Assembly (NCBI GenBank): GCA_964464175.1
Contig: CAYXFD010000008.1
Span: forward strand, 31,982-95,981
DNA length: 64,000 nucleotides
Direction: 5' to 3'
Source of the DNA: an uncultured Candidatus Cloacimonadota bacterium
GTDB taxonomy: Bacteria > Cloacimonadota > Cloacimonadia > Cloacimonadales > JAJBBL01
Each line of letters opens with the position of its first letter. The stretch's first letter is position 1. The notes under the pieces are model-generated. The model saw only the letters and a program-made list of their open reading frames with translations, was not told the DNA's origin and did no database searches. This document shows positions 40,549 to 48,457 of the stretch, piece by piece. The position numbers and the translations under genes were made by a program.

Positions 40549-41238
40549 ATGGTAACTATGAAAAGAGATTACATTATTGCTATTGATGGTCCTGCGGCTT
40601 CAGGGAAGAGCACAACAGCCAAAGAATTAGCAAGATGGTTCGGTTATACTTACATTGATTCCGGTGCTATGTACAGAGCAGTTGCTCTCAAGATCATTGA
40701 TGAGAACATTGATCATAATGACCGGCAGAGACTGGAGGAGATGCTTTCTAAGATCAAGATCAGTTTTGAAACAACAGAAGCTCCAGATGAAACTTATCTG
40801 CAGCGGATCTTTCTGGACGGGAAAGATGTTTCCTGCCGCATAAGGGAACAGAATGTTACCAAACTATCTTCGGAGATCGCCGTGATCGGAAGAGTCAGGG
40901 AAAGACTGGTAGATATGCAGCGAGAAATGGGTAACGCGGGAGGAGTGATCATGGATGGACGTGATATCGGAACAGTAGTTTTTCCCGATGCAGATTTTAA
41001 GTTCTACCTGACCGCCTCAGTCAAAACCCGTGCTTTCAGGCGCTGGAAGGAGTTAGCTGATCCGAAAACAAACCCGGAAGAGATCGAAAAAGATCTTCTC
41101 TGGCGTGATCATAATGACAGTAACCGGGCTCATTCACCTCTACGGAAAGCAGAAGATGCGATAATAGTGGACACGACCGATCTGACGATCGAGGAACAGG
41201 TCAATTATATCCTGAATTATATCAAGAGTCGGCAATGA
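40549..41238 (+). CDS. cmk: cytidylate kinase
   Basis: 229 aa. Motifs IAIDGPAASGKST, YIDSGAMYRA and DGRDIGTVV. The ATG at 40558 is an alternative start. Confidence 0.93.
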   Translation: MVTMKRDYIIAIDGPAASGKSTTAKELARWFGYTYIDSGAMYRAVALKIIDENIDHNDRQRLEEMLSKIKISFETTEAPDETYLQRIFLDGKDVSCRIREQNVTKLSSEIAVIGRVRERLVDMQREMGNAGGVIMDGRDIGTVVFPDADFKFYLTASVKTRAFRRWKELADPKTNPEEIEKDLLWRDHNDSNRAHSPLRKAEDAIIVDTTDLTIEEQVNYILNYIKSRQ

Positions 41239-41831
41239 ATGTTATCTACAGAACATGTGTTGTTGTTACCCGGATAATCTTGATTGTTGCCGGGAATTAC
41301 CGGATTATTCACAAGGAGAGGTTGAAGAACTGGCGGAGATGTATCATTACCTCTAATCATATTTCCTATTTTGATCCTCCCTTTATTGGAGCAATATTAC
41401 CCCGGGAGATTTACTATCTGGCAAAGTCCGAGTTATTCAGAAACCGCTTGTTCGGGGCGTTTCTCAGAGTATTGAACTCGATCCCGGTTAAGCGGGGTGT
41501 CGTTGACCGGACTACCCTTGACAGGATAAAGGAGTTGTTAGGTGAAGAGAAATCAATACTGATTTTTCCAGAAGGGAGCAGAAAGTCATATACTGCTAAA
41601 CCGGGTATCGGAATTCTGGTCTATGAGATGAAGGTCCCCATTCTCCCTGTATATATCGAAAATTCTAATCACCTTCTGAGTTCATTTTTAAGAAAAAAAA
41701 GGGTTAATATCTATATCGGTGAATGGATAGAACCGGATGAATTTGCCGGATTACCGGCAGAAAAAGCGTCTTATCGCCATATCGCTGAACAGGTATTAGC
41801 AAGAATTAAGAGTTTACCCCATGAGAATTAG
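41235..41831 (+). CDS. plsC: 1-acyl-sn-glycerol-3-phosphate acyltransferase
   Basis: 198 aa. HX4D motif NHISYFDP and the FPEGSR block. 4-nt overlap with cmk. Confidence 0.85.
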   Translation: MNVIYRTCVVVTRIILIVAGNYRIIHKERLKNWRRCIITSNHISYFDPPFIGAILPREIYYLAKSELFRNRLFGAFLRVLNSIPVKRGVVDRTTLDRIKELLGEEKSILIFPEGSRKSYTAKPGIGILVYEMKVPILPVYIENSNHLLSSFLRKKRVNIYIGEWIEPDEFAGLPAEKASYRHIAEQVLARIKSLPHEN

Positions 41832-42705
41832 AATAGCAAGAAATTCCGGTTTCTGTTTTGGTGTCAAGAGGGCTATTAATATGGCTGAGGAGGCTTCAGC
41901 TCAATATTCGGAAATCGTGACTCTGGGTCCGATCATTCATAACCCTCAGATGGTCAAAAGGCTGAAAGAAAAGGGGATTATAGCGGTAGAAGACATCGAG
42001 AGTATTGAGAATAAACCGGTGATAATCCGTTCTCACGGTATAACAAAGGATGCAAAGAAAGCTTTGGAAGACCTGGGACTTCCGATCATTGATGCTACCT
42101 GTCCTTATGTTGCCAGCAGCCAGCAATATGTAACCCAATTGAGCAGGGAAGGTTTTCCTATAGTAATTGTCGGAGACAAAGACCATCCTGAAGTAATAGC
42201 CTTGAAATCTTATGCTGAGGGGGAGGCGTATATAATTTCTTCACCCCGGGAGTTACCCGGTAAACGATTTTCCAAGGTAGCCGTAATCAGCCAAACAACC
42301 CAAAGCATCGAGAAACTACAGAGTATAGTTGTTGCTTTAATACCCCTGACAAAGGAGCTGAGGCTTATTAATACTATCTGTACTGCTACCACAGTCCGTC
42401 AGGACTCGACATTTCTTCTGGCCCAGGAAAGTGATCTGATGATTATTATCGGAGGAAAAAATAGTTCCAATACCAGGATGTTGTATAAAATTTGTCAAAA
42501 TATTGTTGAAACCTATTTAATAGAGACTTCTGAGGAGTTCATTTGCAACTGGTTAGAAAAAAAATCAAACATAGGCTTGACAGCTGGAGCGTCTACACCA
42601 GATTGGATAATCGTCGAAGTATATAATAAAATTTTGAAATGTCTCGGGAATAAGAAGCACTCTATTAGCAGTGTTAAAGAGATTCCCGGGTTTAAGGAGG
42701 AATAA
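41821..42705 (+). CDS. ispH: 4-hydroxy-3-methylbut-2-enyl diphosphate reductase
   Basis: 294 aa. N-terminus GFCFGVKRAI, plus DATCPYV and conserved Cys ligands. It overlaps plsC by 11 nt, and its stop abuts the rpsA ATG. Confidence 0.93.
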   Translation: MRIRIARNSGFCFGVKRAINMAEEASAQYSEIVTLGPIIHNPQMVKRLKEKGIIAVEDIESIENKPVIIRSHGITKDAKKALEDLGLPIIDATCPYVASSQQYVTQLSREGFPIVIVGDKDHPEVIALKSYAEGEAYIISSPRELPGKRFSKVAVISQTTQSIEKLQSIVVALIPLTKELRLINTICTATTVRQDSTFLLAQESDLMIIIGGKNSSNTRMLYKICQNIVETYLIETSEEFICNWLEKKSNIGLTAGASTPDWIIVEVYNKILKCLGNKKHSISSVKEIPGFKEE

Positions 42706-45414
42706 ATGCATTTCAATAATCAAACCGAAGAAAAGAAAGATAATCATGAATTAGAGTCAGAAGACATGGTTGTCGAAAAGATCGAAAAAGAAACTGAAGA
42801 TATGAACGATCAAAACAAGAATGATGCTAAAGAGCCTGAGGAACAAGTTACAGAGTCTCAGGATGTTAAGAAGGAAGAGAGAGAAACTGATGCTGATTTG
42901 ACAGAAGAGAAGAGTGCTGAATCAGAGAGTAACGATCAGAAAAAAGATGCAGAAGAAGAGATTGAACATAAATCAGAAGATACACCGGAAGCAGCAGAAG
43001 AGAAACAAGAAGAAACAGTAGAGCCTTCGGAAGAAAAACCGGAGAGTGGAATACCTGTCTGTGATGAAAATGAAGAAATGAGCGGGGAAGTCAGAATCTC
43101 TGAAGAAGATGTTAAAGAAGAAGAGAAGAAGGAAGCGACCGAAACTGCAGCTGCAGAAAATGAGGAACAGCTTCTCCCGGAAAAGAGCGAAGAGCCCTCT
43201 AAGGGAGAGGATACTGAAACTCCTGAAGAGCAGGAGAAGCAGCCGGAAAAGGAAGAGATACCCAAGACTGAGGAAGAAGTTGCTCTTGAAGAAGAGTTGG
43301 CTCAATATGAAGAGACTTTCCGCAACTATAAATCGGGTGAGATAATCGAAGGAACTATAGTTGATGTGAATGATAAAGAGGTTTTGGTTGATATAGGTTA
43401 CAAATCGGAAGGTTCCATTCCCATCACAGATTTTACCAATACTGAAGAGATCAAGCTTGATTCCAAGATCAAGGTTTATATTAATAAGGTCGAAAACAGT
43501 GAAGGTAAGGTTTCACTATCGAAAAAGATAGCAGATTTTCAATTAGCTCTTGATGATTTAAAAGAGATATATAGAACTAGCCAGTCGGTTTCGGGCATCA
43601 TCCGCCAAAGAGTCAAAGGTGGTATGATAGCCGAAATCAGAGGATTAAATGCCTTTTTACCCGGTTCACAGATATCGATTAAACCGATACCTAATCTGGA
43701 CCAGTTTATTGGGAAAGAGGTCAGATTCAGGATAATCAATATTGACGAACAGAAAAAGAACATTATTGTCTCACGCAAAAGAGTCCTGGAAGAAGAAAAG
43801 GCTGAAAAAGTCGGTAAATTACGAGAAAAGATAGAGGTTGGAGCTGAGCTTGACGGTGAAGTAAAGAACATTACCGATTACGGTGCCTTTATCGATCTTG
43901 GCGGAATTGATGGACTTCTGCACATAACCGACATGTCCTGGGGTCATATCAATCATCCGTCTGAGATGCTCAATATAGGTGACAAAGTTAAAGTAAAGGT
44001 TATCGGTTATGAAGAAAAAGATATGAGGGTCTCACTCGGCTTAAAACAGTTAGTGCCTCATCCCTGGGAAAATGTAGAATTAAAGTATGATGAAGGTTCG
44101 AAGATAACCGGAAAAGTGGTCAATATTACCCCTTACGGAGCTTTTGTCGAACTGGAACCGGGAGTCGAGGGTCTGGTACATGTTTCGGAGATGTCCTGGA
44201 CAAAGAAGATAACTAATCCCCGGCATGTGCTCAAAATAGGTGATACCGTTAATGCGATAGTATTGTCAGTCTCTAAAGAAGAACAGAAGATATCTCTCGG
44301 TATCAAACAGATGGAGGCAAATCCCTGGTTAGTTATTGATGAGAGATATCCAATCGGTACAATAATCAAAGGGAAGGTTAAAGGTTTGACATCCTTCGGT
44401 GCTTTTGTTGAGATTGAAGAGGATATTGACGGGTTGATCCATATCTCGGACATATCCTGGACGAAGAGAATTTATCATCCAAAAGAGGTTCTGAAAAAGG
44501 GACAGGAAGTAGAGACGGTTGTTCTCTCAGTAGATAAACATCTGCACAGAATATCCTTAGGGATGAAACAGTTGTTGCCCGATCCCTGGGAAGAGTTGGA
44601 TCATAAGCTGCCGATAAATACGGAAGTTACTGGTATAATTACGAAAATAATACCTAAGGGTGTTCTTGTCGAAATAGATGTAGATGGCACACCGATTGAA
44701 GGTTTCGTTCCGATTTCCCACTTAGCGATTCCCCGGCTCGATAAGCCTGACATGGCATTTAACACTGGAGATGAAATCCCGATGAAGGTCATTGAACTGG
44801 ATATGGAGAATCGACGGTTAATACTAAGCATCAAAGCATTTTTCTTTTCTAAAGAGCGGGAAGCTTTACAGGAGTTTTTGAAGAAGCACGAACCTGAAAT
44901 GCGTCAGCAAGCCAAAAGGGCTGAGAAGCAGAAAAAAGCAGAGCAAGCAGAAAAGGAAATGCAGGAAAAGCAGGCTGAGACCGAACAGCAGGAACAGGAT
45001 AAACCCGAGGTTGAAAAGGATGAAGCAGAAGAGAAACCGGAAGGTGAGAGTTCTGAAGAAAGCGGTTCAGCAGAAGCTGAAGATACACCTGTTACTGAAA
45101 TGAAAGAAGAAGAGCCTTTGCCGGCAGCAGAAGAAAAACCGGAAGCTGCAGAGGAAGAGCAGACAGCAGAGGTTGTTGAGGAAACGGAAAAGGAATCCTC
45201 TACAGCCACAGAAGAAGAGACAACCAAGGAGCAGGAACAACCGGAACCGGAAACAGTTGAGGAAGAAGAGACAGCAGAGGTTGTTGAGGAAACGGAAAAG
45301 GAATCCTCTGCAACCAGAGAAGAAGATACCAGCGAAAAGCAGGAGCAGCCGGAAACAGAAGAACCGGATACTGAACCTGAAGAAGAGAAGAAAGAACCGG
45401 TTAATCCTGAATAA
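42706..45414 (+). CDS. rpsA: 30S ribosomal protein S1 with long acidic N- and C-terminal extensions
   Basis: 902 aa. The core (about residues 200-715) holds six S1 repeats (GEIIEGTIVDV..., G.V..IT.YGAF..L.GIDGL.H.S). It is flanked by an E/K/D-rich segment of ~200 aa at the N-terminus and one of ~185 aa at the C-terminus. Confidence 0.9.
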   Translation: MHFNNQTEEKKDNHELESEDMVVEKIEKETEDMNDQNKNDAKEPEEQVTESQDVKKEERETDADLTEEKSAESESNDQKKDAEEEIEHKSEDTPEAAEEKQEETVEPSEEKPESGIPVCDENEEMSGEVRISEEDVKEEEKKEATETAAAENEEQLLPEKSEEPSKGEDTETPEEQEKQPEKEEIPKTEEEVALEEELAQYEETFRNYKSGEIIEGTIVDVNDKEVLVDIGYKSEGSIPITDFTNTEEIKLDSKIKVYINKVENSEGKVSLSKKIADFQLALDDLKEIYRTSQSVSGIIRQRVKGGMIAEIRGLNAFLPGSQISIKPIPNLDQFIGKEVRFRIINIDEQKKNIIVSRKRVLEEEKAEKVGKLREKIEVGAELDGEVKNITDYGAFIDLGGIDGLLHITDMSWGHINHPSEMLNIGDKVKVKVIGYEEKDMRVSLGLKQLVPHPWENVELKYDEGSKITGKVVNITPYGAFVELEPGVEGLVHVSEMSWTKKITNPRHVLKIGDTVNAIVLSVSKEEQKISLGIKQMEANPWLVIDERYPIGTIIKGKVKGLTSFGAFVEIEEDIDGLIHISDISWTKRIYHPKEVLKKGQEVETVVLSVDKHLHRISLGMKQLLPDPWEELDHKLPINTEVTGIITKIIPKGVLVEIDVDGTPIEGFVPISHLAIPRLDKPDMAFNTGDEIPMKVIELDMENRRLILSIKAFFFSKEREALQEFLKKHEPEMRQQAKRAEKQKKAEQAEKEMQEKQAETEQQEQDKPEVEKDEAEEKPEGESSEESGSAEAEDTPVTEMKEEEPLPAAEEKPEAAEEEQTAEVVEETEKESSTATEEETTKEQEQPEPETVEEEETAEVVEETEKESSATREEDTSEKQEQPETEEPDTEPEEEKKEPVNPE
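45161..45309 (+). repeat. 108-bp tandem duplication inside the rpsA 3' extension (41-nt identical cores)
   Basis: AGACAGCAGAGGTTGTTGAGGAAACGGAAAAGGAATCCTCT occurs at 45161-45201 and again at 45269-45309. The offset is 108 nt (36 codons). It encodes TAEVVEETEKESS twice. Confidence 0.9.
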
Positions 45415-45450
45415 TTGATATTACCGGCAAACATAGATCATATTGAATCA

Positions 45451-45481
45451 GGGGCAGACATCCTTTTGTCTGTCCCTTTTT
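45451..45481 (+). terminator. rho-independent terminator after rpsA
   Basis: GGGGCAGACA-UCCUUU-UGUCUGUCCC (10 bp, one G.U) followed by UUUUU, 37 nt after the rpsA stop. Confidence 0.7.
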
Positions 45482-45506
45482 AGTTAGTGGCTTTTAGTGG
45501 TGGTGG

Positions 45507-45992
45507 ATGAGAATAATCCTGATTGGTTTTATGGGAAGCGGTAAGACTCTCTGGGGCGAAAGGCTCGCCCTTAGGTTTCAACTCCCTGTTTACGATACCG
45601 ACTCAGTCATTGAGCAGCAGGAAAAGTCTTCACTTACCGATATCTTTTTACGATATGGAGAGTCTCATTTCCGCAGTATCGAACGGGGAATTCTCTTATC
45701 ACTGCCGGATCAGGTGATTGTAGCTACCGGAGGTGGAATAATTGAGGATAGGAGAAACCGTTTCTTTTTACAGAGACCGGAAAATCTGGTAATCTGGCTG
45801 CATCCTTCATGGGAGTGTTTGCTTAAAAGAATCGAAAAGACTGAACGTCCCATAGTGAGAAAACTCAGCAGAGAGGATCTTTTCTCACTTTGGAAAAGGA
45901 GACTCTCTTTTTACGAAGAATGTGCCGATATTATCCTCACCGATCCCAGCGAAACGAAACTCTACCAGGTAATTGAAGAACATTTTAGATAA
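45507..45992 (+). CDS. aroK: shikimate kinase
   Basis: 161 aa. Walker A LIGFMGSGKT, plus the DTD and GGG(I) motifs. Confidence 0.88.
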   Translation: MRIILIGFMGSGKTLWGERLALRFQLPVYDTDSVIEQQEKSSLTDIFLRYGESHFRSIERGILLSLPDQVIVATGGGIIEDRRNRFFLQRPENLVIWLHPSWECLLKRIEKTERPIVRKLSREDLFSLWKRRLSFYEECADIILTDPSETKLYQVIEEHFR

Positions 45993-46192
45993 GAGTCATT
46001 TTCAGCGCTTTCCTGCTACCCAGATTATTAGCATCCGGAATGTAAGTTTTTCCCTCAAATTAGATTAAGGAGAAGTCAAACGATCTCTTTTCTATTCTCT
46101 GTAAAGCCAAATCTGAGTAGAGATAAGAGGAGGCAAAGGTCTGTAAACCTGTTAATCATCATGGGTTTAAGAGAGTACCTGCTTTACAGCTT

Positions 46193-48379
46193 TTAAGATA
46201 CATTTTCTCCCCTCAAAATTTCTGTCAGCATCGTATTTCTTCTGGTAATCCTATTGTTCCGCAGAGCTGTTTCAACTGCTTGCAGATTCCCAACTAAGAC
46301 GACAATTTCTTTGGCACGGCTTACCCCGGTATATAAGAGATTTCTCTGTAACATTATATAATGCTGCATCAGTATCGGAATAACAACTACAGGAAATTCC
46401 GAACCTTGCGACTTATGAATACTAATAGCGTAAGAATGAGTTATCTGATCAATTTCATAAAACTCATACTCAACAATCCGGTTATCATAAAGAATCTTGA
46501 TAATCTGGTTTTCTCTGTCTATTTCCTCTATTGATCCCAGGTCGCCATTAAACACTTCCTTCTCATAGTTATTCTTGAGCTGGATGATTCGGTCGGCTTC
46601 ACGATATATCTTCTCACCGGTTGTTATCTCTGTTTTGCGGGCAGAATGAGGATTCAGAACATTTTGTAACTGCCGGTTTAATGCTGATATCCCCGCTTCT
46701 CCTTTGTGAAGAGGAGCTAAAACCTGAATTTTTCCTGCTTTATCATGTCCGAAAGTGCGGGGTATCCTCTCTTTTACCAGCTCCACGATAAGAGCGGTTG
46801 CTTTGGCAGGAGTTTCAGCATTAAAAAAGAAAAAATCTCCCCGGTTTTTGGAAAACAGAGGTATTATGCCCTCTCGTATCCGGTGAGTATTAGTAATGAT
46901 AGAGCTATCATTTTTTTGGCGAAAGATTTCGTTTAATCTTACTGTCGGGATTTGGTTGCTTGCTATCAGATCGTTCAGTACATAACCGGCACCGACACTC
47001 GGAAGCTGATCAATATCTCCGATCAGAATGAGATGAGTATCATGTCTGACTGCTTTCAAGAAATGGTTGAAAATTAGAAGATCAAGCATAGAGGCTTCAT
47101 CCATGATGATCAAGGAAGCATCTAAGGGATTGTCTTCATTTCTCCTGAAACGGAGTTCATTTTGCCAGGAAAACTCCAATAAGCGGTGGATCGTCTGAGC
47201 CGGTTGACCGGTTACTTCACTTAGTCTTTTGGCGGCTCTACCGGTGGGAGCGGTGAGGAGAAATTTATACTTTTTAGCTTCCAGGATGGTGGTCAAAGCT
47301 TTGGTAATAGTGCTTTTTCCCGTACCGGGACCACCGGTCAGAATAGTTACTTTGTTGGCTAAACAGGCAGTTACACCCTGCATTTGCTTTGGCGAGTATT
47401 GAATATTGTGTTTTTCAAAAAGCCAGGAGAACACTACCTTCCAGTCAACATTGCGAAAATAGGAAAGTCCGGCCTCTTTGCTTCTTAATATCCTGAGCAG
47501 TTTTTCTGCTGCCTGGATTTCCGCATAGTAATACAAGGGATGATAAACAGCATCTTTGCGGGAAAGGAGGGCTTTTCTGGCGAGCATTTGCCGGAGCACA
47601 TTTTCTATCAGTATGTGATCCACCCCAAGCAATTCGGCACAATCAGACAAGATATCTTTTTCAGGGGCATAACAATGTCCTTCATCGGCAAATTGTCTGA
47701 GCAGATAGTGCAGGGCAGATTCAATCCGGGGAAGTGAGGTTCTTTCAATACCTAAACTGGCTGCAATGCTATCGGCAGTTTTGAATCCGATACCGTAGAT
47801 ATCTTCCGTTAAGCGGTAGGGATTAGTCCGCAGAACCTGAAAAGCTTCGTCTCCGTATGTTTTATAGATTTTTAAAGCCAGAGCTGTTTTTAAGTTATAC
47901 TTTTGGAGGAAGAGCATGATATTCTTGATACCCTTCTTCTCAGCCCAGCCGTCCTCGATGATCTTTCTCTTTGTTTTGCCGATACCTTCGACCGTTTCAA
48001 GTTTTTCCGGCTCGTTTTCGATAATATCCAAAGATCTATCCCCAAACGTTTCAACGATCTTCCCAGCTGTTTTGGGTCCTATACCTTTAATCAAACTGCT
48101 GCTTAAAAATTTACATATCCCGTCTTTGGTAACCGGCTGTTCTACCTGATAAGATTTCAGGCGAAACTGTTGTCCGTATTCCGGATGAAATATCCAGTCG
48201 CCCCTAAGGATAAGCTTTTCTCCGATATCAACTCCGATGAGGATTCCGGTAGCAACAATTTCACGGATACTATCAAAAGGTTTGATCCTGATAATGGAAT
48301 AACCGTTTTCTTCGTTCCGGAAAACAAAGTGTTCGAGAATACCCTCGATGGAATCTTCAAACTTTTTCTTCTCTGACAT
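46193..48379 (-). CDS. recD2: RecD2-type SF1B ATP-dependent DNA helicase
   Basis: 728 aa. N-terminal OB/HhH modules (GIGPKTA, GIGKTK, GIGFKTAD), Walker A GGPGTGKST, Walker B DEASMLD, GDIDQLPSVG and SIHKSQGSEF. Confidence 0.88.
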   Translation of the reverse strand: MSEKKKFEDSIEGILEHFVFRNEENGYSIIRIKPFDSIREIVATGILIGVDIGEKLILRGDWIFHPEYGQQFRLKSYQVEQPVTKDGICKFLSSSLIKGIGPKTAGKIVETFGDRSLDIIENEPEKLETVEGIGKTKRKIIEDGWAEKKGIKNIMLFLQKYNLKTALALKIYKTYGDEAFQVLRTNPYRLTEDIYGIGFKTADSIAASLGIERTSLPRIESALHYLLRQFADEGHCYAPEKDILSDCAELLGVDHILIENVLRQMLARKALLSRKDAVYHPLYYYAEIQAAEKLLRILRSKEAGLSYFRNVDWKVVFSWLFEKHNIQYSPKQMQGVTACLANKVTILTGGPGTGKSTITKALTTILEAKKYKFLLTAPTGRAAKRLSEVTGQPAQTIHRLLEFSWQNELRFRRNEDNPLDASLIIMDEASMLDLLIFNHFLKAVRHDTHLILIGDIDQLPSVGAGYVLNDLIASNQIPTVRLNEIFRQKNDSSIITNTHRIREGIIPLFSKNRGDFFFFNAETPAKATALIVELVKERIPRTFGHDKAGKIQVLAPLHKGEAGISALNRQLQNVLNPHSARKTEITTGEKIYREADRIIQLKNNYEKEVFNGDLGSIEEIDRENQIIKILYDNRIVEYEFYEIDQITHSYAISIHKSQGSEFPVVVIPILMQHYIMLQRNLLYTGVSRAKEIVVLVGNLQAVETALRNNRITRRNTMLTEILRGENVS

Positions 48380-48457
48380 ATCTCATTCAGGCTTATCTTG
48401 TGCCTTTGCTAATAGATATTGGTTAATGACCCGGCAGCCTTTCTCCTTTATTAGAAA

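Noticed and set aside
42936-43305. Two long minus-strand ORFs (109-110 aa, Ser/Phe/Leu-rich) antisense to the 5' part of rpsA
   Set aside because: They are mirror images of the GAA/GAG/AAG-rich acidic tract. The sequence is low-complexity, has no RBS, and lies entirely inside a well-supported plus-strand gene.
44904-45434. 176-aa Ser-rich minus-strand ORF, plus the + ORF 45173..45418, overlapping the rpsA 3' extension
   Set aside because: Same artefact: purine-rich repeats keep several frames open. The rpsA frame is the only one continuous with the S1 domains.
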